Notes: a model not told the origin generated them from the letters alone. Positions 23,617 to 37,235 are shown, counted from the whole stretch's first letter. The stretch is 63,031 nucleotides of DNA, filler included, from Asterionella formosa (GCA_002256025.1; 21 parts of 21 records of this genome joined end to end with filler, not necessarily neighbours in it), one strand, 5' to 3'. Translations and numbers: made by a program.

Positions 23617-24725
23617 GATTGCGTACCGCTTTGGAAATCAAAGCCTTTATTTGCGTGCTTGACACACGGAAGTCGAAAAGTAAAATAACACAGTGCATCA
23701 CATCTAAAACAATACACTCCCCGAGAATGATAAGTTACCCTGGTAGGGTACCACACCCGGTGCACGTATTGACATCAGTGCTCAACTTCATCTACGGGTG
23801 GGGATATTTAACCAACTGAGTGCTGTTACTGGTACCATGGTACAAGGGGTACCAGTACCTGACCTGGTACTGGTAGTGTATGTCCCCCATGGATGTATGA
23901 TGCATTTTGGTTTTGTGCGTAGATTCTTGTTTGGCGTGCATTTTCACTAGCTATTAATTTGTATACCTTGCATCAACAACAAACAGCTAGCCTAACTTGA
24001 AACAAGACTTTCTTTACCTAGCACAGTCTCACCTCATGGGGATGATGGTAGGAGTTTATAGTGCCTTGTCTATACATACTTTGATTTCATTCAAAAATAT
24101 ACCAGAAACTGAAAGCTAATACCACAAGCATGGAATTTTGCTTCAGGCTACTAGACAATGCCATGGTATTGGTCTAGGTAGAAGTTGGATAGGAATAATT
24201 GGTCATTTGAGTGCAGTTTATTATTCTTTGATCTGCTATAAAAGATGGGTCAGGACAGAAGTAAAAAATCAAAAATTGGCTCAAACAATACTGCATGAAA
24301 AAGTTGACTTCCAATTGGGGTGGGTATGTCAAGAATGATCACACATGCTCCCTTCTGTCCATCACTGCTGATGGCTTGTATCGATCATTTTTACTATGGT
24401 TCCAATGATGCCTCAAGCTTTATTTTATCGCAAGAAGCCAAGAAGTACATTGACCTCCTTTTACAAATAAACTGTGTTCAGGATGAACCTCCAACTTTTC
24501 CATGGTGTTGGAGCTGAACCTGCTTTATGAACGGTCCTGGAATGAAAATATGTAGATATTCAAACCATGAAATAAATGCTGTAAATCTTTCTTCGCTAAT
24601 ACATATTGTACTAATGGTAATTATTCCCAATAATTCTGGCACGACACAAGATTTGGGCAGCTTCTTTCATGCGCCGATCTCAAGCGCGGTTCAAAAAGAT
24701 GGCAAATTGGATGCGAATGATTGTC

Positions 24726-25191
24726 TTAAAAGGGAGCAGGAAAATTGGAGCTGCAATCGTTGATGGCACGTCCGACATCTCTGGGCCAGGTCACCACCTT
24801 TTCCAAAAATGCAGTGATTTTCTTGACAAAACCAAGGCACGCTTCGAATGGCTGATATCGACCATTGATTAACATTCAGAGAAAGTTAGATGTGCATTGT
24901 CGTTCGAGCACAACGGAAAGTCATTGTTGAAAGGGGATGTTAGATGATTTATTCCTCATGATGAAGACAATCGCAAGTTACACATCGGGCGTTGATGAGA
25001 TTAAAAACAAAACGAATGGGCTTCGGTAGCCAGGCTCTCCAATGACGGATGATGCTTATGCAGTCGATTCATTGCACAGGATACCTTACCTGGAGGATGA
25101 TCCAGAAAGAGCAGCAAATACCGGCTACAGGCCAGGCAATAAACAAAAGAAGGGCGATCCAGAGGATTGCAAAGATGGGGTTCTTGGCCAT
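24726..25191 (-). CDS. 75-aa small membrane protein, two exons (25191-25090, 24851-24726)
   Basis: MAKNPIFAILWIALLLFIAWPVAGICCSFWIILQ, then a phase-0 GTAAGG...CAG intron of 238 bp, then PFEACLGFVKKITAFLEKVVTWPRDVGRAINDCSSNFPAPF*. Only partly visible in the ORF track. Confidence 0.78.
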
Positions 25192-25278
25192 GGTAGAGAG
25201 ATGTTGTCGTTGGAAGATTTTATGTACCCGGTATCTAAACTGGAAGTGTAAAATAAAGAATGCTGTAATGGTCAACGT

Positions 25279-25580
25279 TGTACCTGGTACCCATGCTACC
25301 AGTACCTCGTACCAGGTACCACTCCTCAAGTATCACTGATATGTCTCCCGGCCGGTATCGGTCAAAGGGAGTGCCAGTACTGCACGGAAAAAATCGTACT
25401 AATATCGTCGTCGTACCAGTACTGTACAGTACCTGGTACCAGGTACCAGGGTACCTTGTATGGTAACCCTAGCACCTGCCTGGTACCACCAAGTACCGGG
25501 GTACTGTAATATGTGTGCCGGTACCTCTTTTTGTACATGGTGCGACGGGAAAATAACAGGGTACCAGCTACAGTACCAGA
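25279..25580. repeat. Dense GGTACC/CCAGGTA/CCTGGTA micro-repeat patch
   Basis: More than 20 GTAC cores in 300 bp, including the palindrome GTACCTGGTACCAGGTAC (25429-25446). Confidence 0.85.
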
Positions 25581-25880
25581 TAAAAACTGCAAGCCATCGC
25601 TATGACGACTTTTGAAGTGTAAGACCGGTAAATGGAGTAAACGCACGGTTTGAACTTGGTTTGTAAGAGACGTTAATTATTATCACGAAAGCGTTGTTCA
25701 GATTTAAACAATAGCGAGAAAATACTTACGTACCTGTACTGTATTTTTGCATTGTGTAAGTTTATTAATTACCGGTACTCGAGTGCGTATTTATTATTGC
25801 CCAAAGTCGACCCGAAGCAAATTGCGAAGAATGGATATTTTCACGTTTACTCAACTGAGCTGGCATCGCCTTTTCTAAGG
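25556..25880 (+). repeat. Dispersed repeat homologous to 31680-31965 (probable DNA-transposon terminus)
   Basis: Shared TAAAAACTG.AAGCCA.CGCTA..CGACTTTTGAA, GGAGTAAACGCACGGTTTGAACTT and GGATATTTTCACGTTTACTC blocks, in the same order. Confidence 0.8.
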
Positions 25881-26287
25881 GTCATTCTTATCATTTTCAA
25901 TTTAGTATCATATTTTTAGAAAAAATATCATGCAACAGCTCCTCGATTTAAACCGGAAAAATCCACTCTCCACAAAAACAAAACAAAAATGTATCAACAA
26001 GAAGTATCAGGAAAATTCAATGGTTATGGGCTAGCTACAATTATGTGCATACCGGGTATATCCCTCCAGGCTTCCCTCCAGACTATTTCGATAATTTTCC
26101 AGTACTAAAACCATGTTGGAAAACTACGCGTATTATGTACCAGTATAGTATACGATATATACATACCACCCAGTAGCTGAAATACCTGCTAAATTCTTGA
26201 TTTGCCATAAGTTGACACAGACATGCAAGATCATCTTTACACTTCCGCTTGTGATCCCCTTTCAGGTTTTACAAGCAATCAGCACCA

Positions 26288-26946
26288 TGTCATCATTGTC
26301 AGTGCACAATTATGAACAAGTGGATCAATATTGGACTGAAGGTGCCATGAAGAGGATCAACAATGGCAATGATGATGATGGTAATGATGTCATCAGTAAT
26401 CAATTTTTTGGTAATGAAAACAACCATCAATTCTTTGATGACCATGACCATCATCAACTCGCTATCCTTTGTCATCTAGCTCTGGAGGCTGGAACAAAAG
26501 TTAAAAAGAGGAAGGCGAAATGGGAGCATGAGAGAATGTCATGGCATTCTCATGTCAAGAAGCTGTGTCATGAGGACGCTTTTGAAAAGACTCATAAAAT
26601 GCCTCTGTGAACCTTTAAGAAGTTGGTTTACTTGCTGGAGAGTGAGATCATTAGGAATTTCTCCAAGTGCAGGCGGTACAGCTACTCCAATTTACCCAGA
26701 AATTGTGCTGGCCATTGGCAGTTGATGGTTGGCTGGAGGCAGCTTCATTGACATTTGTCATGAATATGGATGTAGCTTAGCTTCAATCTATGGATGCTGA
26801 GATATATGTCTTGAAGCTGTGCTTAACTGTAATTATCTGAAAATTATATTTCCAAAAATAAGGAGTGATTTGGTGAAATTGACTATGGCCTTTGAACAGA
26901 AGAGTACAGAAGGGTTGATCAGAGGGTGTGTTGGTGCCATTGACGT
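26288..26946 (+). pseudogene. PIF/Harbinger (DDE_Tnp_4) transposase relic, truncated at the first catalytic Asp
   Basis: HERMSWHSHV...FEKTHKMPL*TFKKLV, then IYPEIVLAIGS*WLAGGSFIDI...IIFP...GLIRGCVGAID; contains stops and a frameshift. Confidence 0.8.
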
Positions 26947-29900
26947 CTGCAAATAAAAACCATCATATTTCCATGATGCATCATAGGATTATGATCATCT
27001 GATCATAATTTTTCGTTATATCATCTAATAATTTTGATAAATGCCCTCGTAACTTAAATAGTAACCCTTTTGACTATGGAAATTCAATTATTATATGTAT
27101 TGTTTCTTTTAGGTTCTTTTATTTAAATTTCTTGGTAGGATAATGTACCAGTGAAAGTAATGTGGTTTGGCTCATCATCCTCTCCAGTCCTCGCTCTGAT
27201 TCTTGCAACAACGACAAAGCAGCCATGTCGAGAGGAACGAGATTTTGTGATAAAATCTTCATTTGTCGTTCAAGTCATCATATGTCTTCGATGAATCATC
27301 ATCTACATTGCACTGTATGTTCGTACTATGCAATCCGTTAAGAGCTTAAAAAGAAATCCAATGAAAACGAAATGGCTCATCACACAAGACAAATATAACC
27401 GATCGGTCTGTCACCAGAGCATCGGTCAGTGTTACAACCTCAATCATAGCGAGTAAACAGCATCCATTATAGAACAGCACAATCTACTTCTCCGTAACAT
27501 CGTCTCTCTTACAAGAACGTAATACATCTAGAATTGAAATGCAGCCAGCATAGCAGGCGATATCATGCACAAAGAAGCATGAGACTGTCTATTTATAGTA
27601 ACACTGTGATTCTGGTTTCGTAATTTTCATGTCTCATTAGATTTTCTTTGTCATCGTACTAGTTCCTTACCTTTGAAGACAGGAGCGTATTCTTTGATGT
27701 ATCTGAAATATTTCAATGGATGGCAGCAGTTGGATTTAGACACAAACCTCGACAAAAGCACTAGTACCTTGTATATGTTCATGAAAAGCGAGACACTTTG
27801 CTTGGCCTATCGCCCACCAGCCAGTCTATACTGCAAAAATGCAAGAAGCAAGCACAAGTTGAATGCCCATTTATGGATTCAAGTTTCAGTAGTGCAACAA
27901 TGTAAAATATTAGAAACCGGAAGTCACATTTCATCTAATTACGGTTTTCATTAGCTATACTAGTATTGATTGAGAGGAAGCAATGGTAGAATGGCTGCCA
28001 AACGGGCGGGGGCAAGCACAGAGAATCCTACCAGTCCTTTCTTGAATGTCACTTGCTACAGAAAATGTAGAACAGCCGCCATGATCTGTTGATTGTTGCT
28101 TTATGGTGCTACTGACCGAGACCTCCAGAAATCTCAATGAGTTGCTTGTTTCTTGACTTGAATGCAAAAGGGATCGAAACCAGTGGAAAAATCAAAAGGG
28201 ATCTAAAAATGCTCTGCAAACATCAGGACAATTGTGAAAGAGAAATGAAGGTTCTTGGGAGGAGAAGTAAAGGGATAATTGCTTCTGGTCTTGCGGAAAC
28301 AAGAATAGATTGACCCAAACAATGTTGACAAATAGGTACCTACAGGAAAAGGAAGCAATGCTTTCAGCATCATCAATCTATACACAAGCCTGCGCCACCT
28401 GATGTCTTCAATATAGCTACCTCAACTTCATCAATGAAGAAGTCAATGGGTGGAGCATGTGAGGAAAATCGGGGTTGAGGTTTTCTTGACGCCAACGTGG
28501 ACCTGCTTGGCTGAACTCCTTGCAGATGAAGGCATTGAGTAACCTGGGCCTGTGAAGCCAAAGGATAAAGAAAAATCTATGACAAGGGTGCGTTGTGAGA
28601 TAGTGTTTAGGAGGTGGGAGCAAAAGTTATCATAGCTGAACGCATTCGAAACTTGTATAGACAATAAATGGTGGAATACCATGTTTGGTCTTGCTTGGCT
28701 GACAGCTGCCAAGTCAAGTACAAACACAACAAGCAAGGGTGCACAAAAGACAGTCCATGACTGGCTGATACTTAGTTGTGAGACTCACCATTCTGCAATG
28801 GGATGGACTTTGACCATTGCTTCGTTCAAAGCACAATCAATTCGAATGCTGTCCAGTGAAACAACTACTGAAAACAATTGTAGCGAAAAAGTGCAGAACA
28901 GATCAAGAGATTTCATAGGAATTAAAATAACAACAGCAGGGCATATATGATGCACTGCTCCTTGTGTAGACTAACTATATTTGATCATTTCCATATTTCA
29001 TACTATACAGGTGCATGGATGACTCCTCCCGCCCTTTCATTAGATATGCAGCCATATTGCGATAATTCTACAGGACCTATAGGATTGGTAGTCTGGTGGT
29101 CATCATTTCCGCATTGTATATACCAGTAAGAATCATGTATGCATGCATGCTGCGATAATTTTTACAAGACATAAAAAGTTGGTAGCTTGGGGGTTATCAC
29201 TTCCGTACTGTATACAGGGGGAGGAAGGGGTTGCATGCATGAGCAACTACTCCGGTATAAACTATGATCTTTAATCAATGAATTTAGATTCGTTTATCCT
29301 ATAACTTTGATCATAACATATTGATCATATGATGAACGGTCTCGTTGATAAGAAAATGAACGATCAACATTTATTTTCAAGAATCAGGATCAATCGATCT
29401 TAAAAATATGATCAAATGATCCTAAACACATGAACAAATTCAGTTTTCCGCTGCACTATTGTGGTATTTCCATGATGGAAGTAATTACCAGCAATTATAC
29501 AGTACTACCGGTAGGCCATATGAATTTTGGTCAATATGTCTATATACATAAATGTATGATTTCGACCATTTGAAAAATTTGTGATGACTCCCGTTAATTA
29601 AGGGGCTTAATTAAATCAGCCACTGACTTGTAGGTACAAGAATTGACACAACAAAAACTGAAAAAACTCAACAGGTTGTGGAAAACTATGAACTCATCAT
29701 GCATTGTATATATTTGAATTATGTATAATCAAAATTGATATCAGTATACACAGGATGCGCCGTATCATGAGGGTGTTTCAAACTATGCAAATGTTCAACT
29801 ATATATACATTTAAACTTCTTACAAATCTTTATATATATGTATTCATGGCTGAAACATTTGATATCATGTTTTCATGTTCCTTGTCATGCATACACTTTG

Positions 29901-31679
29901 CTCCTGAAATGAAGGATTAACACAGATGATGATGCGGAAAACAAAAGTGATAATAAAGCACAATGAGCGATACTTGCGGCTTAGAAGAGAAGGGCGGAAT
30001 CAATTGATGGTAAGTCAAGAGCAAATGCCTTTCATGTTCCTTGTCATGCTGCATACACTTCCTGAAATGAAGGATCTCAAGCAACGAAAAACTGAAGTGA
30101 CAATACACCATGCGGCTAAGAAGGAGTGAATATGATGGGTGAAGAAGGGCAGAATCAACAAGCTGTGTATAGTATCACAGCATGTCAAGAGCATATGCCA
30201 GGATGATCAATTGTTGAGATTACAATTATGGAATGACTCGTCCCCTTTCAGTGATTCAATAGCTCCTTTTCGCTTTGGTGACTGGCCAACCATCATTGGC
30301 TGTGGACAAAAGAAATCGGTAAGTGCTGCCTATCAGCCATCTTTGGATCAATCTACAACTGTTAGAAAAACTGACACATATGTGTTGCTTCTTTCAGGAT
30401 AATGATAGACAAACAGAAATTGTAAGTTACAAACAGCAGTGTTGGAGCCCATTTATTGATCGATACTTTGCTTCTCATTCAATCTTCGACTGACACATTC
30501 TTCTACAGAAATATGCATCAGTTGCTTACTTCCTCAATTTGTGGTAAGTGAAGGCAGATAGAAGCGAAATGAATGTTATTGTGTAAGCAAAACATGAACA
30601 GCTAACAATGAATTGATTCTCTTTGTTAGTATGGCTGATTGGAACAAAGAAACGGATTCAATAGTAATAGGAAAATGCGTGAATGCAAACTCGGAACAGT
30701 ACTCAGGAGTAAATGGAACAAAGCAAGCAGGGGAACAACGGCAAGGCAACCAGTACAACAACCTTCAGAATTGGATTGGGGGGAATGTGGAAGTGAAAGT
30801 GAAAGCTGAAACACCAATCATTGCGATGAGAGCATTGTAGAACATTCTGTAGCCACTTAAGATATGATAGAATCATAGAACCATTCTTAGCTAAATATAG
30901 TTCTAAATTTCGATCAATTTCATCCTATTTTAGACAGTGATATCAATGAGAATTACGATCATGCTAAGATAGATGTNNNNNNNNNNNNNNNNNNNNNNNN
31001 NNNNNNNNNNNNNNNNNNNNTTAATTAATTAANNNNNNNNNNNNNNNNNNNNNNNNNNNNNNNNNNNNNNNNNNNNCCACGAGCTGTAATATCTGCCGGG
31101 AGACTGCTAGGCATCACATGCAAGTGAAGTAGCTACAATATGATTGCATCGCTGTTTCACCCTTTCGGTAAATATTGCATGTCAATGCTACCGGTACTCA
31201 TTGTTGCAACCTTCAGCTAACTAATATTTCTTCTAGGTTAGCAATGATTACTCAGTTTTGAACTTTTAGCGATGCTTTATTAAATTTTTCTGGTACCAAC
31301 CAGGTATCGATTTTCACGGAAAATAAGGAAGATCCTATGGCACCACAACATGTACCTCTACACAATGTTCAGAGTGGCTGGTTGTTATGTGAGTATATGT
31401 TCACTTCATAAATAGTAGTACCGGTAACGGTAACGGATTATTAAAGTGAAGAATTTGATGAAGGGATTGATGACAAGGTAATCCTATCTCGACTACCGGT
31501 GGTATCATTTACCTGGTACCAGTACCAGGTATGCCTACCAGGTACTCGAGTGCTAACTACCTGTACAGATTCAGGCAGATGCGTCCACTGGCATTTGTTG
31601 CATAAAGAAATACTGTGATGATGATTCATGCTGTCCGGAAACTACATGTATACCGGTATGTGTGCCGGTATGTATGTAC

Positions 31680-32759
31680 CAGGGTACCACTTAAAAACTG
31701 TAAGCCACCGCTACGGCGACTTTTGAACTGTAAGCCACCGCTAAACGGAGTAAACGCACGGTTTGAACTTAGTTTACAAGATACGCTATTTATTGTCACG
31801 AACGAGTTGTTCAGATTTATATAGCGAGTTAATACTTCCGTACTTGTATTGTTGCATTGTGTACATTGTTAATTAGGTATTATCGCCCAAAGGTTGCTGT
31901 CGACGTGAAATTGCGAAAATTGGATATTTTCACGTTTACTCGATTGAGCAAGCATCACCTTTTATATACGTATTCAGGTATGAGAATATTCCTCCTCTAG
32001 AAAACTAATTTAGTATCCTCTAAAATTTATTTAATATGACTACGACGGCATTGCGCTTTCGCTCGTGCGCCATAATAAAGAGATAATTTCATTAATGGAA
32101 AACGTCAAATAGGAATTCCTGGTGCGCCCGAATTATGAGTACAAAAATTAAATGCAAACATACAACAATCACCCATCACCCATCACCCATCACAACACCA
32201 ACACCATGACCTCGAAAGCGCCTCGACAAGGCAATGCCTTGCCTCGAAAGAAATTGTCTCCTGAAGAGTTGGTCAGTGTTCAGTTTTGTCTTAACAATGT
32301 GATTAGGGAGCTATAAGCTAAGAAGGCTAAGAATGGTGGAAAAATGCCTTATGGTGCTATTTCTAGGACAGTATCAGCTAAGCAATGCATTTTCCCTTGG
32401 ATATCTGTTAACCAAGTGAAGAATGAACTAAAACAAAGTGCTAAACTAGAAGTTAAGTCTAGTACTACTAGTATGTATACTACTTCTGGTTCGTCCCTCT
32501 TTCAGCCATCAACTGCAACCATGGTGTCTACATTGACACCTGACCATTGTGGCCCTACTAAACCCCAACTCTTGAATGCTGATGGCAGCTTTGCCTTGTT
32601 ATTTCCCAGTAATCTCATTCATAATTCATATAAAATTGTCGAGGAGGAAGAAGATGACAACAATGAAGGTGTGAGTGAGCATTATGATAGTCAGTTTACA
32701 ATGATGGGCACTTTGGCATATGAAACTGGAAACAATGGTGTGCTTACCTGGGGAAGTTT
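31680..32759 (+). mobile_element. Probable 5' end of a DNA transposon: terminal repeat plus a disrupted ORF from about 32206
   Basis: Begins CAGGGTACC and shares about 290 bp with 25556-25880. The downstream ORF MTSKAPRQ...IREL*AKKAKNGGKMPYGAIS...FPWIS has an in-frame stop. Confidence 0.45.
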
Positions 32760-32864
32760 NNNNNNNNNNNNNNNNNNNNNNNNNNNNNNNNNNNNNNNNN
32801 NNNTTAATTAATTAANNNNNNNNNNNNNNNNNNNNNNNNNNNNNNNNNNNNNNNNNNNNATGAC

Positions 32865-33209
32865 TCACACGTCAGCTCCCGCCATGGCCAAAGAATCTAG
32901 TAGAATCGCATTCTTGACCGAGACTATATGCATTTCATCGCGCAACGTCTCCAGATCGAGAATCCATTTAGATGCATCCCTCATTAGAGTTGCATATGGC
33001 TTGGCCTCGTCCAGGGCAAAATGAAGAGTACCGTCGGAAATGTCATTGATAGAAGCGGGCGAAATTGCAGCTGCTACTTCGTCAATGTCTCGAGGAAGTA
33101 TTTTCATGCTCGTTTTCCCATGCAACCGGTGCTGCCGATCAGATACCAACGGGCTCCCGAGATCCAGATCAAAGTCAATGGAGCGGTGAGATGATTCGAT
33201 ATCTTCCAT
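32865..33209 (-). CDS. Hypothetical 114-aa protein with a C-terminal helical/coiled-coil segment
   Basis: Complete ATG-to-TGA ORF with coding-like composition; no family recognised. Confidence 0.5.
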   Translation of the reverse strand: MEDIESSHRSIDFDLDLGSPLVSDRQHRLHGKTSMKILPRDIDEVAAAISPASINDISDGTLHFALDEAKPYATLMRDASKWILDLETLRDEMHIVSVKNAILLDSLAMAGADV

Positions 33210-33576
33210 TGGCGACCGCTATAATAATTTGAGCAGGGCGCACTGAAACCCTGTGCTTGTACAAAGCTATCGATCGGTACAGATGTAGATGCCAGGTTGC
33301 GTGTACCTGGTACGTACATAGTCGACCGTCGACCGTACTTACAACTCAGTAAGAAATTCATGATTCTCAATATGTAGCAACATCTCTGCATGCATGTGAT
33401 GGTGATGATGTAAGTGGCTGCATTAACTTTGCTAAATCTGTGTACCTGGTAGTGTTACCTACGTATGGTCAAGTGATTTTGAGCGTACCGGTAGTAGAGC
33501 TCTTTAGTTTCATGATAGGGATACAGAATAGTTTAAAAATAGCCTGCTTGTGAAACAGTTGAGAAAGAGGATATTA

Positions 33577-34542
33577 TTAGATAATGTGCCCAAAAACACA
33601 GCGAAATCCGAGGGCGACATCGGAAACATCGTGGACTGGAATGAACGAGCTGTCCTTGCCGCGGATCTCCTTCACGGCTTCTCGAAACAATCTGTCAAAG
33701 ATTGGCATAGGCGTTCCAAAAGCACACCAGAAGTGGTATCCCTTGCACGCTTTTGTTGTAGCTGGAAAGAAAACATGAAACGCGGTCGTACATTGGTATT
33801 TTGCCAAATACAAAATAGTTCTGTAGCAGTCCAACTCGACACTGTCGCTAAAATTGGCCATTTCGGAACTTTCGTTTGTTGCATCTGCAGAGGCGCTGAT
33901 TTCATAACTGCTAATATCTTGTTTAATCGAATCCACTTCGGCCTCTTCTTTCCGTCGCTTGTTGCAGCGTAGGGCACATTCCAAGACGGGTCGAAAGTTT
34001 CTCTTATCGCACGCTCCAACTAATGTTACAAGGATCTCGGACAGATCTTTGTGGTCCCAGTCGCTATGAGAGAGGGCTTGCAAATTAAATCGCGCCAGTA
34101 AAGGCAGCTCATCGTGCATTTCGCCAATTTCTTCTAAATGATCACTACTCTCTTGCAATGCTGGCTCTGTCCAACCAAGGTGGCGATAAATGTTTATAGC
34201 AGCCGTTTTGCAACCTCTCTCGGCAACAGCCTGGTCCCAAGATGCCAAGGCACACGCATGATACGGATAACCAGCAATTGTTTCATCCGGAATTTTGATT
34301 GGTAAAGGTAACGGGAGAGAAAATCGGGAACAGTACCACCAGAAGTTATAGAAGACTTCAGGGTCAAGACTTTTCAATGTTTCTCTGTCTAGAACGCTCT
34401 CTCCTTTCTCGTCTACGTATTTTTCCAGTGCCGATCGCAACGCGGCCGGACTAATGTATGTGACATAACCTGCATTTGGTCTTACTTCAAAATCCGGTTC
34501 CTTCGCATCAATGGACATCCTTATTTGAGGAGGAAGGATCTC
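33577..34542 (-). CDS. C-terminal part of a DENND4-like (DENN-family) protein, 5'-truncated
   Basis: VTYISPAALRSALE...G..VL....L...PEVFYNFWWYCSRFSLPLPL resembles the DENND4 C-terminal motif V.YLSPLVLRKELE...HPIIFWNL.WYF.RL.LP. The frame is open to the contig edge. Confidence 0.65.
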   Translation of the reverse strand, partial: EILPPQIRMSIDAKEPDFEVRPNAGYVTYISPAALRSALEKYVDEKGESVLDRETLKSLDPEVFYNFWWYCSRFSLPLPLPIKIPDETIAGYPYHACALASWDQAVAERGCKTAAINIYRHLGWTEPALQESSDHLEEIGEMHDELPLLARFNLQALSHSDWDHKDLSEILVTLVGACDKRNFRPVLECALRCNKRRKEEAEVDSIKQDISSYEISASADATNESSEMANFSDSVELDCYRTILYLAKYQCTTAFHVFFPATTKACKGYHFWCAFGTPMPIFDRLFREAVKEIRGKDSSFIPVHDVSDVALGFRCVFGHII

Positions 34543-34661
34543 NNNNNNNNNNNNNNNNNNNNNNNNNNNNNNNNNNNNNNNNNNNNTTAATTAATTAANN
34601 NNNNNNNNNNNNNNNNNNNNNNNNNNNNNNNNNNNNNNNNNNTGGTTAAAATAACATGGAA

Positions 34662-36162
34662 TCATGCATATTCAGTGGCCATACTGATCTGCAATGGTGC
34701 TTTGGTGCCAGTATAGAAAGATTCCGAGAACCCAATTTCTTCAGGTATATGGAATTCTTGTGGAAGATATCCTGTATCGGTGCATAACAATTCCAATCCT
34801 TTTCTGCATCCGGGGACGATGCAGTACTTACAGGCAAGGTGAAATACTTGATCATAATGTTCATCCAAACTTGCATCTTTTCCTGGATCACGGACTTGAC
34901 ATAATCCATCATTTATAGCAAAAAGATAATGCACTAAATGATTGTTTTCCTCCTCATCTGATCTTTTGCAATACACAATTAGCACATAGTTACTTTCGTG
35001 ATGAAGTGGATGACAATCACCTTGGTATATATATGGATTGTTTATTACCCTTTTCTGGGTTCTCATCAAGATCAAATATAACCTTTACATCACTTGGATG
35101 AAGTTCATGAATTATATAATGGATCATAGAGGTAATTGTTTCAAGGTCCCAATATGCAAGATCTTTAAAATCTGAACATGATTTTTTGATACCTTTAACT
35201 CCATAAAATACAGAGGCGTAATTGCGTATATCTTGCGGGGTACGAGTGTACAAATCTTTCCACAATTATAGTTGTCCATGCGATTTCGGCAAACTCAAGG
35301 AAAATGCCGTTTGCTTTGGCGTAATAACTCTACACATTTCACATGCCGAATCTTCACAAAAGTAGCTGCCATCTGGATTGTTTTCAATGATTTTACAAAG
35401 AAATTCTTTTTCTTCCATGTATGATTTGGAAAAAGATTCGATTTTGTGTTTCTGACTTCGTTCCCTATTCAGAGCATCACCTGCCTTAGCCAGCATCACA
35501 TCTCTGTCTGTATTGATCTTCTTGAATTCGAGGTCTTGATCTAGCTCAGACTTTTTCTTGAATATCTTTTCTTTAAGAAATGCAATAGTTTCTCTGCTTT
35601 TATGATGTTCATGTTGATGTTCTGGACGGATAGTGAGATATGTTTATTGGTTTTGCAACTTTTCAACCATTTCTACTTCTGAAGTGTTGTCTGCCACATT
35701 TCCGCCGATACTTTCATTCATCGCATGAATTTGTTCATCAATTGAATGAGAATCACTGAGTTCTTCTTCATTATCAGCGATTTCGGGAGAATGAGGAGTA
35801 AAATACGACACTGGATGGTGGAACTGTGACTCTGTACGAATAGAGTCTTCATCCATGAAGACCAACTGTTTGGGTTTCCTCTTCGAAAGCAATCTTTCCT
35901 TCTTTTCAATCTCAGCCACTATTGTATCGGCATACTTCATTATTTTTTCTGGAGTATTATGAATCTGTTCAAATTCATTTGATCTTTGAGTGTATTCAAA
36001 GGAATCTTCGATTGATTTCATAACTTTCTTCATCTTCTTTTCCGAAAACATAAAGACGTGTAGTGTAAACAATGGAAGTAAGTCTCGTTTCTTGTTTGAC
36101 TGATCCTTTCCATGAAATCCATGAAATGCCATTTGGAAAGTTGTCGAAGGGCCAGAAGACAA
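34662..36162 (-). pseudogene. Disrupted long ORF of unknown family
   Basis: ORFs 36162-35644, 35499-35266 and 35265-35017 are all in one frame, separated only by single TAA codons (35644, 35266). 35075-34662 continues in another frame. Confidence 0.55.
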
Positions 36163-36784
36163 TGATGTAAAACAGTGGAAGGGAAACCACGGAGCTTATT
36201 GCGTCGCCTGTGGAGGTGCAGCTGGTGTGTTGGTAATCGAGTGTAGTAATTGTTGAACAGAGCACAGTGTAATATGCATGATCCGCCAGCGTAGTGTTTG
36301 CACAATACACATGCNNNNNNNNNNNNNNNNNNNNNNNNNNNNNNNNNNNNNNNNNNNNTTAATTAATTAANNNNNNNNNNNNNNNNNNNNNNNNNNNNNN
36401 NNNNNNNNNNNNNNGGGAACGAGCTTGCCATACTGAGGAGCTGAACAGAAGATATACTGCTGCAAGAGAAAAAAATATTCATCTACCTTATGAACATTAC
36501 CTTACTACCGGTAGTAGTGTTCGGAGAAATATGATGCAGTTTGAAGGAGAAATTGAAGAGATCTAACCGTAACACATATACCTAGCTGTTAGTAAATGAT
36601 AACTAATTTCGTATCTATGAAACAATGCATTTGCAGAGGATGTTATTTCTATATATCTCCAACGTCTGCGCATCCTGCCAATATCTACTCATTACCTCAA
36701 TCGTTTCGACTGGTGGCATCGAGTAAAACGTTTGCAAGAACGAATGGATCGATGGGATATTGATCACAAACAGGAAGAAACATT

Positions 36785-37139
36785 CATGACAACCATGTCA
36801 GATCCGTTCCATTGCAAATCTTCCTTCAATAGGTCAAACTCGTCATCCTTGAGCTTGCCTTCCAGTGGCATAGTAGGACTGAAGCGCGTCCAGAAAGATA
36901 CGCTCCTTTTCGGCTACTGTGAGACGAATGAGATCCCCACTTTCCAGATCGACGACACAGTATTCCTCGTCAGGAATGCATTCTTCTTCCTGCAAGTTAT
37001 TCTCAAAGAATCGTCCAGACTTGGCGTCGTAAGCGATTTCTCTCGTTCCGCTTGTAATGGTGATCTTTTCGTCGCTTCCTTCTTCGGCCATAAAAAGTGG
37101 ACCAGCAACACGACCAGCTGTTGTCGTTGTCTTCCTTAA
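36785..37139 (-). pseudogene. PGRL1: PGRL1 (PGR5-like 1) gene fragment, frameshifted and truncated at both ends
   Basis: ..GPLFMAEE...ECIPDEEYC...LTVAEKERIFLDALQSYYATGRQ, then after a frameshift LKDDEFDLLKEDLQWNGSDMVVMN. This matches the PGRL1 motif E..FL.ALQSFY..G......EFD.LKEEL.W.GS.VV. Confidence 0.8.
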
Positions 37140-37235
37140 AGTTCGATGATCTTAAATTCATTTACCGGTACCTGCCTGGTACTGTCCCGCTGTAGTAGCA
37201 GCAGTCATAGACATATGTATATGTGGCTCTATTTA

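Noticed and set aside
25069..25646. ORFs rich in VPGTWYQVP-type peptides
   Set aside because: These are translations of the GGTACC/CCAGGTA micro-repeat. Only 25191-25090 is a supported exon.
26946..29455. Possible degenerate inverted ends (GATCAT.TGATCATA.TTTTT) of a 2.5-kb insert truncating the Harbinger relic
   Set aside because: Similarity is short and AT-rich, with no TSD or recognisable internal protein; not supportable by eye.
35017..36162. Possible TAA stop-codon reassignment
   Set aside because: Intact genes in the window end in TAA, TAG or TGA and have no internal stops; pseudogenisation is simpler.
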